A program made the position numbers and the translations under genes. A DNA stretch of 64,000 nucleotides from the NCBI GenBank assembly GCA_965200085.1, contig OZ241333.1, positions 43,391 through 107,390 of the forward strand, in the 5' to 3' direction. The notes under the pieces are model-generated. The model did not search any database and was not told the DNA's origin. It saw only the letters and a program-made list of their open reading frames with translations. Each line of letters starts with the position of its first letter. Position 1 is the first letter of the stretch. Below, piece by piece: positions 21,252 through 31,432 of the stretch. The DNA comes from Dehalococcoidia bacterium. Its GTDB lineage: Bacteria; Chloroflexota; Dehalococcoidia; Lucifugimonadales; JADFKI01.

Positions 21252-21911
21252 ATGCAGACCCCACAGATTGCAGACCAACTCAGGGCGCTGGCAGCCACGG
21301 GTACCCGTGTACCGGGATTCCGAGGCAAGGTGATGGTCGATGTTGAAAGCCTGAATCGGTTGAGCGATTCGCTTGCCCATGTCGATATGAATGACGACGT
21401 TCGAGAGGCCACTGAGGTCATTCGGATGAAGGAAAGCATTCTTAATCAGGCGTATCTTGAGGCAAAGCGCATTCGCGCAGCCGCCGATGATGAAGTTTCC
21501 AAGCTTACCGATCAGGCATCAGAGGAGTACCACGCCAAAGTGAGCGAGTCTTCGGTGCTGAAGCGCGCCGAGGAGCTGTCGCAGGAGATGCAGGAGAAGG
21601 CAGGCTACGAGTCGCAGCAGATCCTGCAAGACGCGCAGCGCAAGGCTTACAGAATCGTCAGCGAAGCGGAGAGCGTGGCTTTCGCACGCAGAGACGGCGC
21701 AGATAGCTACGCAAGGGAAGTGCTGTTTAATCTCGAAGAGCAGCTTGCCGACGTACTTGGACAGGTGCGGCGGGGCATCGATGCCTTGAACATTGAGGTC
21801 GAGGCGAGCAAGCGAAAGCAGCAGGAGAACAGCGTTCCTCACATCAACGGAGCCGCCAACGGCTTCACCACCAACGGAAACGGTGTACACAACGGCGTAT
21901 CACACGCGTAA
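21252..21911 (+). CDS. Coiled-coil DivIVA-like/ATPase-subunit-like conserved protein downstream of coaD
   Basis: RVPG..GKVMVD, long helical repeats, GAD.YA..VL..LE; GGAGG SD; the rsmD-coaD-this gene order is common. Confidence 0.75.
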   Translation: MQTPQIADQLRALAATGTRVPGFRGKVMVDVESLNRLSDSLAHVDMNDDVREATEVIRMKESILNQAYLEAKRIRAAADDEVSKLTDQASEEYHAKVSESSVLKRAEELSQEMQEKAGYESQQILQDAQRKAYRIVSEAESVAFARRDGADSYAREVLFNLEEQLADVLGQVRRGIDALNIEVEASKRKQQENSVPHINGAANGFTTNGNGVHNGVSHA

Positions 21912-21927
21912 TGAGTTCTAAACGGAG

Positions 21928-21972
21928 CGAGCGGGATATTGGAGTTAAACATAATTCCTAATATCCCGCTCG
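21928..21972 (+). terminator. Stem-loop after the rsmD-coaD operon
   Basis: CGAGCGGGATATT ... AATATCCCGCTCG 13-bp inverted repeat, 17 nt after the stop. Confidence 0.6.
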
Positions 21973-22260
21973 GTCGTGCCCGTGTCGCGTAGATTATTAT
22001 TGTAGATTATTATTAATGTATGGCTTGAAGAACTAGAGCGCCTGGAAGGGCTATGGCAAAGAATATAAATATAAGCCAATAGATGAGGATATTGACCGCC
22101 GGTTTCCAGTTAGATATTGAGTATATTCTTCCTATTGCGCCATTCATTTCGTAGGCTCATTAAAAAGACTACAAGTGGCCGATGAAGATAACGAATATTG
22201 CGCAAATCTCAATAATTTCCCTGAGAGATATACCGGTAACCATAAACATTCTCATTCGTG

Positions 22261-23001
22261 CTACTCAGACAGATCCAGTTCTCGAAGTCTCTGCCTGAGC
22301 TTGCGGACTTCTGCTTCTGCAGCCTGACGAGATGATGCTTCTTCTAGCCGTGCCTGCCTCTCCAACTCACGCTCGTTCTCTGCTTCAAGATGCGTTCTCA
22401 AATATATATCCGTTATCGGGTCAAACCAGCGCAGTTTGCCATCTTCCCAACAGATGTACAGCCCCAGAACCTCACTGTACCCTCTGATCCGCTCGTCTCC
22501 TGTATCGTCAATCACGATTGGCTGGTACTCTCCATCAACCAGTCTATCTCCTGCAAGCGCTGCGGCATGGTACTCTCCGCCGGACGGGTCGAACCGCCAG
22601 TATTCGGATACTCCTAACTCGGCATACCGCTCTCGCTTGTGCGTATCATCCCGGCGTCCTGTACTGACGGATGCTATCTCCAGCACGAACTCAGGCGCCT
22701 TTCCCTGGCTCTCGATGGAGTAGCCTCTGTCAGCCAGATACTGCTCCTCATCAGCGTCGAAGGCTACCAGCAGGTCGGGTATCAGGTATCCGGCGTCTTG
22801 TCGCGCTCTCCTGCCGAGCGGCGCTTCGCTGGTAACCAATGTAGTGTCTTTGCCTAATTTGCGGTTGAAGTGATAGATAAGTGCAGGGACGTATCCGGGG
22901 GTGTTGAGATAGATAGTGTTCTGCATATCGTCTCTGGGCGGCACATCGGAAAAGCGGTCAAGGCCGACTTGACCTTGTATGACGGTGGTGTCAATAGTCA
23001 T
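22261..23001 (-). CDS. Uma2 family endonuclease-like protein
   Basis: IPDLLVAF, PEFVLEIAS.ST..RD..KR..YA..GV.EYWRFDP; C-terminal coiled coil. Confidence 0.92.
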   Translation of the reverse strand: MTIDTTVIQGQVGLDRFSDVPPRDDMQNTIYLNTPGYVPALIYHFNRKLGKDTTLVTSEAPLGRRARQDAGYLIPDLLVAFDADEEQYLADRGYSIESQGKAPEFVLEIASVSTGRRDDTHKRERYAELGVSEYWRFDPSGGEYHAAALAGDRLVDGEYQPIVIDDTGDERIRGYSEVLGLYICWEDGKLRWFDPITDIYLRTHLEAENERELERQARLEEASSRQAAEAEVRKLRQRLRELDLSE

Positions 23002-23626
23002 TAGAACTGCTCCGAGTTGCTGGACTGGCGGGGGTGCCCGCGAGTTACGTCGGGATTATCAATAGCGTCGGGACCGCCAATCCCTCTTGTACCGCGGCGC
23101 CCGCCAATAAATCCTTGTCCGCCAATATGACCGTACCCGTCAAAAGCACGCTGTACGGCGGTTCTTCTTCGAGCGGGACGATCACAGAACTTGTGGTCTT
23201 GGGCGATGCAGGAAACAATTCTGCTAATAATATCTTCCGGCAGATCTTCAGCAGAATTTAGCCCTGAAGCACCGTTATCAAACAGCTACTGCATGTCCTT
23301 CCGCAAACTCTCGAGAGGTACCACAGCGTCAATATCGGTTAAATTTACCGGATGACCAATCGACACCATTGGATGTAACAGCACAACGGCCATCGTTAGA
23401 TACTGATAAATATAATCTACGTGGTCATCCGTAACTGTCGCTGTGGTATCATCTCCGAACAGGATGGCACTTAGGTTTTCACTGCGGCTCATATACTCAA
23501 AGAGTACGAGGGCAGAGCTTGTCAGCTGTTGACTAGGCGAGCGGCAACAGCCATCAGTAAGCGGTTCATTCGAACTGACAAGATTGCCGTAATTGTCGTA
23601 CTTGTCCCTCGCCCAAAAACTGCCGT

Positions 23627-23746
23627 CAATATAGCTGTATTTACATCAGCGTCTCCAATAAATCCACAGACAGCGCATTCGTATCATTTCTTGTTCCTAG
23701 CCTGCTTACCCACGCTGCCGCAGACATTGTATCGTTGGCTAGTGTG
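23627..23746 (-). mobile_element. IS200/IS605 TnpB C-terminal relic
   Basis: Minus strand reads HTSQRYNVCGSVGKQARNKK*YECAVCGFIGDADVNTAI: zinc finger plus RuvC-III motif with an internal stop. Confidence 0.75.
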
Positions 23747-23780
23747 CTCTCAGGTATATAATTCCCTAATATTATTACAA

Positions 23781-24560
23781 TTACGGCTTATAGGCTTTAA
23801 TGTTCGCGCTGTGCACGCGCGACGCCCAATCCTCTTTGCCTTTCCACGGCTTAGAGTCCATAATTTGTATGTCTTCAAGTCCCGCGTCCGCCATTCTGCC
23901 CATATACACATCCTGCGGCTCTGCGCCGGATAGGCAGGAAACCCAGTTCTCTGCGTTCTCGGTTGCATGCGCCGGAAGTGGCGCCGTAAGTATCATGTCC
24001 GATATGAACATCCTACCGCCCGGCTTCAGAATGCGGTATGCCTCGCGGAACACTGCGTCCTTGTCCGGTGCGAGGTTTATGACACAGTTGGAGATAATCA
24101 CATCTACGGAGCCGGCTTGGATAGGGGTATTCTCCATTTCGGCTAGATGAAACTCCACATTGCCCATATTAAGATTATCGGCGTTCTTACGCGCAAGATT
24201 TATCATGTCAGGCGTCATATCGATGCCGATAACCTTGCCTTCAGTTCCAACGGCTTTTGCGGCAATGAAGCAGTCGATGCCTCCCCCGCTGCCGAAGTCC
24301 ACGACCGTCTCGCCGGGGTTAAGATCGCCGATCGCGGTGGGATTTCCACAGCCGGCGGACGCAAGCAGCGCTTCGCTCGGCAGCCCTACCATCTGCTCCA
24401 CCTCATAAAGCTGATTGCGTGTGGTTGGGGCTGGAGCACAGCAGCCATCCTCATTGTCAGATTGGGCACTGTCGGTGTCGGATTGGGCGGATTGGGCTAG
24501 GTTAGCGTAACGGTCGCGTACCAGCTCTTTCACGTCGGTGTCTGTGTAGTTTGTTACCAT
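23781..24560 (-). CDS. arsM: Arsenite methyltransferase
   Basis: V..RY, GCC, GCGNP, VDFGSGGGIDC, IGIDMT.DM, VDVIISNCVINLAPDK, WVSCLSGA. Confidence 0.9.
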   Translation of the reverse strand: MVTNYTDTDVKELVRDRYANLAQSAQSDTDSAQSDNEDGCCAPAPTTRNQLYEVEQMVGLPSEALLASAGCGNPTAIGDLNPGETVVDFGSGGGIDCFIAAKAVGTEGKVIGIDMTPDMINLARKNADNLNMGNVEFHLAEMENTPIQAGSVDVIISNCVINLAPDKDAVFREAYRILKPGGRMFISDMILTAPLPAHATENAENWVSCLSGAEPQDVYMGRMADAGLEDIQIMDSKPWKGKEDWASRVHSANIKAYKP

Positions 24561-24732
24561 TATTCCTTCCCTCTATTCCTTCTTGTTGTGTTCCAGTTGG
24601 TAGTATATCAGCTTGAATCATACAACTTGTTTGTTCTTGTGCGTTAATGATGCAGCATAGACTTCAAACCGTTGCAATGCGCCGCAGTCTGCCGGATGGG
24701 CGTCTAAATCTAATATGTTTAGGGCTAACAGG

Positions 24733-25713
24733 TCATCTCTGACGCAACTCAGCGGTAAACTGAGTAGTAACCGTTGTGCTTGGGGTTGCGACCGCAACCG
24801 ATCCGTATAGCGGTCAACGGCGTTTCCAAATATCCACGAGGGTATCGCCGTCCGCATCGCTGACACCCCATATATGCAGGTGGATTCTTATCTTGTCGTA
24901 CACGGTGCGCTCTCCCTGCGCAGCGTCGAGGTCGCGGTAGGCTTCGACGCTTACATCCATCCAGTCGAGAGGGATATTTTCCTCGCTGGCGATGCGTTCG
25001 ATCATGTTGACGGCGCAAGCGGATATGCCGGACAGGAAGAGTTCACCGGCGCCGATCTCCTCGCCGCCGGAGTCGTCAGCAACCCAATGGTGATTGCGCG
25101 CATTGCATATTGAGCGTCCGAGCGTGCCGGTGCTGTAACTCCGCACTTTGTAAGCTAATACTATATCTGTCATTTCAGACTCCTTGAGGGTGTCATAATA
25201 GCTCCCATCGTCTGCATCCGACCGCGCCTGAGCTATCAGCTGTCTGGGTGTCACCACCCATAGCAGCCGTTCATCGCCCTGTGCGCTCAGGTCCAGATTA
25301 CAAAGCGCACCCTTTTTTAGCTTGATGAACCCTGTTGTTTGCTCAGTAAGTATGTACGAAACGATACTGCTTAGCTGCGGTTCGTGTCCGATTGCCATGA
25401 GGTTAGTCTCAGAGGGATAGACTGCCGTTAAGTTTTGCATCAGAGACGGATGCGCGCCCGGGACAAGCGCATCTGAGATAGTTAGGCGCGGCGGAGCGTT
25501 CAAGCCCTGTCGGACTATCTCTGCCGTCTGCACCGCTCGCACAAGCGGACTGGTGATTATCACATCCGGCGCTATGCCGATTGCGTTCATTCCTTCGACT
25601 TCACGGCGTATTCTGTCGGCTCCCTTGTCGGTGAGGGGGCGTTGACGGTCATCAGGATATTTGCCATCGTCGCGGTCTTCTGCAATGCCATGCCTGAGTA
25701 TATAGAGGTTCAT
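24733..25713 (-). CDS. SixA-like phosphohistidine phosphatase fused to an OsmC-like selenoprotein domain (UGA at 24816-24814 read as Sec); internal start at 25173
   Basis: RHG...IGHEP SixA motifs; OsmC-like GAGELFLSGISACA...WKRR-UGA-PLYGSVAVATP; frame stays open 26 codons past the UGA; SECIS-like hairpin follows. Confidence 0.8.
24784..24799 (-). promoter_or_regulatory. Putative bacterial SECIS apical hairpin
   Basis: GGTTGC-GGTC-GCAACC starting after a 14-nt spacer downstream of the UGA; loop begins with G. Confidence 0.65.
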
Positions 25714-25945
25714 TGCGAAAATCCTTTATCAGCAGCCCAACGCTCCCGATATTAGACAGGCTGCTGTCTGCATCTCGGGCGGGCATTTCTACTTCTCTTA
25801 TCGCGTTGTCGCGGCGCTATCCAAGACCCTATGAGCCAATGCCTATAAGGGATTACACCACTTGCAATCGAACACCTGCCGTAACCTCAATGCACCTATA
25901 TGACACATTGAGGTTGACACTGTGCTGCTAACTCAGGTTAATGCC

Positions 25946-28900
25946 CTATTTGACTCTCCGCACGCTGATTGTGGCTTGAATGTCGTTCACCTTTAAGGTA
26001 TGAGTGTAGACGTCATCGGTAGGCGGCATGTTCAGCAGCTCGCGCGACAGGGTTTCCTGTCGGATGTAATCGCTGTGCTCTGCGATTACGGCATCGAGCG
26101 CGGGGCTGCTTTCATAGTATGTAACTATGTGATCGGCTATATCAAAGTCTGCAGAGCGGCGTATGTTCTGTATGCCGTGTACAAGTTCGCGGGCGTTGCC
26201 TTCAAGGCGCAACGCCTCGCTGACATCCGTGCTGACGGCAACTGTGTAGCCTCCGTCGTTCGACACCGAGTACCCATCTTTGTCCAGCGTTTCCACCAGC
26301 ACTTCTTCCGGCTCCAGCACAACACCGTTAAGCGCTATCGGATTACCTGAACGCACCTGATGATGCACTTCCGAGGGGTTCGACGCGTTCAGAGCGGCCA
26401 CTATACTGCGCAATTCTGCGCCGTACTTAGGCCCAAGCAGCCGCAGATTAGGCTGCACCTTGTATTCCAAAACATCGCCTTCATCAGTTACCGGCGTAAT
26501 CTGTTTTACATTCAGCTCGTCCTTCACCTGAGGGGCAATCTGCTCCAGCATCGCTGCTTCGTTCGCCGAGCGCAGACGAACCAGTGCCTCCTCCAGCGGC
26601 TGTCTGACCTTTAAGCCTGCTTTGCTGCGGGCTGCGCGTCCCATACTGGACAAGCGCATCGCCAGGCGTGTTGCGTCCGAAAGGCGCTCGTCAATCAGCG
26701 ATTCGTCTGCCACCGGATAATCTTCAAGATGGATGCTTTCTTTCGCGTTGGCAAGCGCGCCGGTAAGGTTGCGGTACATCTGCTCGGTTACGAAGGGCAT
26801 GACCGGCGCTATGAGTTTTACAAGCGTGAGCAGGCAGTCGTACAGCGTAGCATAAGCGCCGTGCTTATCGGCGTCCGCGTTCTCAGCTAATATGCCTGCT
26901 TTCCAGAAGCGGCGGCGGCTGCGGCGCACATACCAGTTGGACAGATACTCGATGAACCCTTCCACATGGCGCGCCGCTCTATCAGGCTCGAAGTTCTCGA
27001 AGGCATCCGTTACCTCTGCCACGAGCTGGTTGAGTTCTGAGAGAATCCAGCGGTCAAGCTCTGCGCGCTCGGACACAGGCGGCGGGGCTGCCGCAGCGTC
27101 ATACCGGTCTATGTTTGCGTAGGTAACGAAGAACGAATAGACATTCCAAAGCGGAATGATGAATCGGCGGCGCACTTCGTCCGCAGAGCGGAACCCGAAG
27201 TTGATATTGAGCGCCGGGTTCTGGCGCAGGAACACCCAGCGCATCGCATCCACGCCCATGCGTTCCGCCGCATCCTCGAACCAGATTGCATTGCCCTTGC
27301 TCTTGTGCATCTCCTCGCCGTTGGCGTCACGCATGAGTGCGTAGCTGAAGACGGAATGGAAGGGCGCAGTGTTTTCCAAGACGGTGCTCATCGTCAGCAG
27401 TGAATAGAACCAGTTGCGGAACTGCCCGGGGAAACTTTCCGAAATCCAGTCGGCGGGGAACCACTTGCGCCAGTAATTTTTGTCATGGCGATAAGCGATA
27501 GTGGAAAATGAGACGATACCGGCGTCCAGCCATGCGTTGCCCACATCCTCGATGCGACTCACGGGCACTCCGCACTCATCGCAGCGGATTTTCACGGCGT
27601 CAACCCACGGGCGATGCGGCGAATTGCCCTCGAATTCACTCCACCCCTCGACTGCGCGCTCTTGAAGCTCGGTTTCGCTGCCGACGACATCAAACCAGCC
27701 GCAGCCGCACTTGTATATGGGCAGGGCTAAGCCGTAGTAGCGCTTCTTGGAAATCATCCAGTCGTCCATATTGCGCAGCCAGTCGAGTTCGCGCGCATAG
27801 CCGAATTCGGGAATCCAACGGATGTCGTCCACCACATCCATAATCTGGTAACGCAGGCTGTCTGCTTTCTCGCCTGCCGTCAGTTCCTCGCGCGGCTTGT
27901 CGTGTTTCTCGCCCATGCTGATGAACCATTCGTCCACCAGCCTGAAAACCAGCTCGGAGTCGCAGCGCCAGCAGACCGGATAGCGATGTGAGTAGCGTTC
28001 GAGATTATAGAAGACATTCTTTGCCTTGAGGCTGTCGTATATGGCATCGTTCACATCATAGACATTCCTGCCGGTGAGCCAGTCGAAGCCTTCCACAAAG
28101 TCCCCATACTCGTCGAGAGGAGCGATGGCGGGTATGTCGTTCTCGCTGCCTAGCGCAAAGTCCTCTTTACCTGCGCCGGGTGCGATATGCACAACGCCTG
28201 TGCCTTCACTCTCGCTGACCTCGTCCCATCCGACAACGCGATGCTCCACACCGTCCTGCGCTGTCAGTTCTGCGAAAGGAGCACGGTAACGCAGCCCTAT
28301 TAGTTCGCTCGCCGGCACCTCGCCCAGCACTTCGTAGCTGCCCTTGAGCACCGGCTCGCACTCCTTGATGAGATACAGAAATTCGCCGTCCTGCTGAACT
28401 TTGATGTATGTCTTTTCAGGGTGTACGGCGGCGGCGGCGTTTGCGGTTAAGGTCCAAGGGGTGGTCGTCCAGACCAACAGGGACTCTTGCGTTTCCGAGT
28501 CCAGCAGGGGGAACTTTATGAACAGACCCGGGTGAACTATCTCTTTATATCCTTCGGTTACGATTTCGTGTTCCGACAGCCCCGTGCCGCAGCGCGGGCA
28601 CCACGGCATTACATCGCGCCCCTCATAGAGCCAGCCTTTCTGGTGGCAAGTCTTCAGAAAGTGCCAAATGGTGTAGTTATTCTCGTCCGACTTAGTATGA
28701 TACGAATCGTCCCAATCCATCCAGTATCCGAGCCGTATGCTCTGCTGGGAGATGATGTCCGCAAAGCGATCTACGCGCTGCTTGCACAGGTCAACGAACT
28801 TATCTACACCGAACGCTTCTATGTCGCGCTTCGACTTGAAGCCAAGTTCCTTCTCCACCTCCACCTCGATCCACAGTCCTTGCCCGTCGAAGCCGTTCTG

Positions 28901-29146
28901 GTAGCGTTGGTCATAGCCTTGCATCGCCCGAAATCTCAGGAAAATATCCTTATAAGAGCGCCCCCATGCGTGATGCACGCCCATCGGGTTGTTTGCAGTA
29001 ATAGGCCCGTCAATGAACGAATAAGTATTCTCTGCCCCTTGGTTGCGCTGCATGTACTTGGTGGGGATGCCGTTGCGCTCCCACCAGTCTAATATGTCGC
29101 GCTCCATAGCGGTGAAGTCGGTCTTCGTATCAACGGGAGTGAACAT
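25946..29146 (-). CDS. ileS: Isoleucine--tRNA ligase (type 2-like)
   Basis: DGPITAN.PMGVHHA (HIGH-like), WTTTPWTL, GTGVVHIAPG, DWMISK.RYYG, EMHKSKGN (KMSKS-like); AGGAG SD before 29146. Confidence 0.96.
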   Translation of the reverse strand: MFTPVDTKTDFTAMERDILDWWERNGIPTKYMQRNQGAENTYSFIDGPITANNPMGVHHAWGRSYKDIFLRFRAMQGYDQRYQNGFDGQGLWIEVEVEKELGFKSKRDIEAFGVDKFVDLCKQRVDRFADIISQQSIRLGYWMDWDDSYHTKSDENNYTIWHFLKTCHQKGWLYEGRDVMPWCPRCGTGLSEHEIVTEGYKEIVHPGLFIKFPLLDSETQESLLVWTTTPWTLTANAAAAVHPEKTYIKVQQDGEFLYLIKECEPVLKGSYEVLGEVPASELIGLRYRAPFAELTAQDGVEHRVVGWDEVSESEGTGVVHIAPGAGKEDFALGSENDIPAIAPLDEYGDFVEGFDWLTGRNVYDVNDAIYDSLKAKNVFYNLERYSHRYPVCWRCDSELVFRLVDEWFISMGEKHDKPREELTAGEKADSLRYQIMDVVDDIRWIPEFGYARELDWLRNMDDWMISKKRYYGLALPIYKCGCGWFDVVGSETELQERAVEGWSEFEGNSPHRPWVDAVKIRCDECGVPVSRIEDVGNAWLDAGIVSFSTIAYRHDKNYWRKWFPADWISESFPGQFRNWFYSLLTMSTVLENTAPFHSVFSYALMRDANGEEMHKSKGNAIWFEDAAERMGVDAMRWVFLRQNPALNINFGFRSADEVRRRFIIPLWNVYSFFVTYANIDRYDAAAAPPPVSERAELDRWILSELNQLVAEVTDAFENFEPDRAARHVEGFIEYLSNWYVRRSRRRFWKAGILAENADADKHGAYATLYDCLLTLVKLIAPVMPFVTEQMYRNLTGALANAKESIHLEDYPVADESLIDERLSDATRLAMRLSSMGRAARSKAGLKVRQPLEEALVRLRSANEAAMLEQIAPQVKDELNVKQITPVTDEGDVLEYKVQPNLRLLGPKYGAELRSIVAALNASNPSEVHHQVRSGNPIALNGVVLEPEEVLVETLDKDGYSVSNDGGYTVAVSTDVSEALRLEGNARELVHGIQNIRRSADFDIADHIVTYYESSPALDAVIAEHSDYIRQETLSRELLNMPPTDDVYTHTLKVNDIQATISVRRVK

Positions 29147-29287
29147 TGTGGGGTCTCCTAGGGGTGAATTATCTGTTTGCCTGAACTGCGAATCCGGCGC
29201 GGGACGAAAGCTATCCATGTACTATCTATGTATTGTAACTTATTCTGTTTGAGTATCAATATAATTTCTATAATTTCTGGATTTCGA

Positions 29288-29351
29288 TAGTGGGTCAGTT
29301 TGAATTATGCAGACATCAATGATGCGGTAGAAATCTCAAACTGATGCACTA
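29288..29351. repeat. Short element bounded by 16-bp imperfect inverted repeats (MITE/IS-end-like)
   Basis: TAGTGGGTCAGTTTGA (29288-29303) versus TCAAACTGATGCACTA (29336-29351), 14/16 complementary. Confidence 0.6.
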
Positions 29352-29359
29352 CCCGGATT

Positions 29360-29467
29360 TCAGGGCGGCGTTATAATCTCGCATGTCGGACCTGCAGCGC
29401 GGCTGAGCCTATAATCGAGTGTCGTCAGGGAGCAATCCAAAGCTTCGGCAAGCGCCGCATTAGTCAT
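29360..29467 (-). pseudogene. VapC/PIN toxin with a large internal deletion
   Basis: ATGA overlap with the antitoxin stop; reads MTN-AALAEALDCSLTTLDYRLSRAAGPTCEIITPP, the C-terminal PIN segment only. Confidence 0.7.
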
Positions 29468-29700
29468 TTGCGGTCTGCGTCTCGCGCGTCAATGATGTGG
29501 GACGGCGGCACGTGAGTCTGCGTTATCGCTTTGCGGTCTCTGACGCCTTGCAGCCACAATCCGATGGTTGGTCGCGCGGCAATGCGTTCCAGTTCACAGC
29601 GGAGAAACTCTTGCACTGACTGGCGGTTCATAGCAGTTCGCACCGCCAGTTCGTCTCGCACCTCTTCGGGTACGCCTCTTATAGTAATCTGCACAGGCAT
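29464..29700 (-). CDS. FitA/VapB-like ribbon-helix-helix antitoxin
   Basis: MPVQITIRGVPEEVRDELA.R.A..RQS.QEFLR..LE pattern; followed by the PIN relic. Confidence 0.85.
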   Translation of the reverse strand: MPVQITIRGVPEEVRDELAVRTAMNRQSVQEFLRCELERIAARPTIGLWLQGVRDRKAITQTHVPPSHIIDARDADRK

Positions 29701-30157
29701 GAAAGCATTATGACAGCGGAAGAGGCGTTTTGCAATGTGTTGAGTGCCGCCAGAGACGCAGGTGTAGATACAGGAACAGATGGATACGAGTGGTGCGTTG
29801 GGCGCTGCGCAATCGGCACGACAAAGAAGTGAGGTGAGCAAGGACAAGCCTGTACTCTGTTAGGCTGGTTAGATGTACGAAGAAATGCACAAAAAAGAAC
29901 AGATGCCAGCGAATACACTAGCATCTGCCGGTGATAGTGGCTGCAATCAAATACGACTGCCTGCTGAAAGTGCCTGCTCTTAACGGCATACTTCTTGCCG
30001 GCGCTTAGGGCATTAAATCGAGCCTTGAAGCAACAAACCGATTCGTCGATTGTATGTACGCCCGCCTGCCGTACATATCTGTTTTAGCCACTACCACAAT
30101 CCGCTTGTTATATACACACCCTGCCAACCGGAATCATCAGTAGAATCTTGGCGTATA

Positions 30158-30829
30158 TCATCGTACGAAACGCATACGCTGGGCTTCTATTTCGCCATGA
30201 TCCTTCCATTCCGTCGACAGTCTGCCATTCTCACCTCTGCATACTAATTGGCTCTTGACAGAGTATATAGCCGTGCGAGTAAGGTGGCTTATCAGTATTT
30301 CGCCGTCGAAATCGTCGAATGATTCCAGCGGAACCCTAGCGGTCGTCGTGCCATAAGTCGGATGAGTCGCCGATGCAACAGCTCTCCTAGCCCCAACGCA
30401 GCCGTCAAGAATGGTGTCGGCGTCCTGAATACGGATAAATCCCATTCCTTTGGGCGCGGCAGTCATAGTCCCATGGTCCTTCCAAGACGATGATATACCG
30501 CCGCTTGCCCCCCTGCAGGCAATACGGCTCCTAACCGTATATTCCTCATTAGGAGTAAGCCCACTGACCGTAATTACAGCCGTGAACTCTTCTACCGACT
30601 GTCGAAAGACCCTAGTGGGTTCCTTCTCAGTGCCTTCCTTATTATGCGTTACCCTGACCACATGACGCCTGTTGGAGAGACAACCGGCCAAATCAGTCTG
30701 CAAATCAGTGATCGTAATATCGCCGGCCGCAGCTTCTGCCTGACCTGAATTGACCCCGAATGCCAAGAAAAATACAAAAACAAATACCGCAGCTACCACC
30801 AAACCGTAAATATATCTCGACTTAATCAT
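30158..30829 (-). CDS. Secreted protein with two internal beta-rich, Cys-paired repeats
   Basis: Signal peptide ending AEA; repeats L.GC...RR....TH...I..LT....Y.V.S...CRG..G..S..WKDHG. Confidence 0.75.
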   Translation of the reverse strand: MIKSRYIYGLVVAAVFVFVFFLAFGVNSGQAEAAAGDITITDLQTDLAGCLSNRRHVVRVTHNKEGTEKEPTRVFRQSVEEFTAVITVSGLTPNEEYTVRSRIACRGASGGISSSWKDHGTMTAAPKGMGFIRIQDADTILDGCVGARRAVASATHPTYGTTTARVPLESFDDFDGEILISHLTRTAIYSVKSQLVCRGENGRLSTEWKDHGEIEAQRMRFVR

Positions 30830-31432
30830 TTCGTAATCTCATATACCTACATATTCCCTACCCAAGATACTGCATATACCCTTGCCATTTGACAGAGTGG
30901 GCAACTACGAAAACCTTAACACGAAAATGCAAACAAGTAAATCTGTATATAGATAGGGATAGCGTTTCCACCTAGGTGGTTGAAGGATAAGATGCCCCGC
31001 ATCTGAAGCAGCACCAACAGATTGTGCTCACTCCAGCCAGCCCCCATTCGCGCCTATTCTACGAGGTACAGGATATCCATTGTTTATAACTTCTAAACTG
31101 CATTTATCATGCCTGATAGACTTTTGTCACCTGATTGAAGAACGCTATCTAAATACAGGTGTTATTAGCTTGAAGTGATATAGTATTTTAACCACCGCTT
31201 CCAAAACACCAGCGCCAATGAATACTCCAGACTCCAGCATCTCTACTCTCTTTGAGTATCCCTTAGTCTGTCTCAATATCCTTCTTACACTTTTAGTCAA
31301 TCTCTGACTCTGAGTCTTGACGGTGATTTTTACATCTCTACACTTTCAGAGATGCTATGATGCTACATGTGCAAAACATGTTATGCTGCGATAAGTGTGC
31401 TATGAATTACCAGACTATCTAAAGGAGAAAAT

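Noticed and set aside
30158-30160. Sec read-through linking the secreted protein to its third repeat
   Set aside because: Further stops and frameshifts follow; decay explains it better
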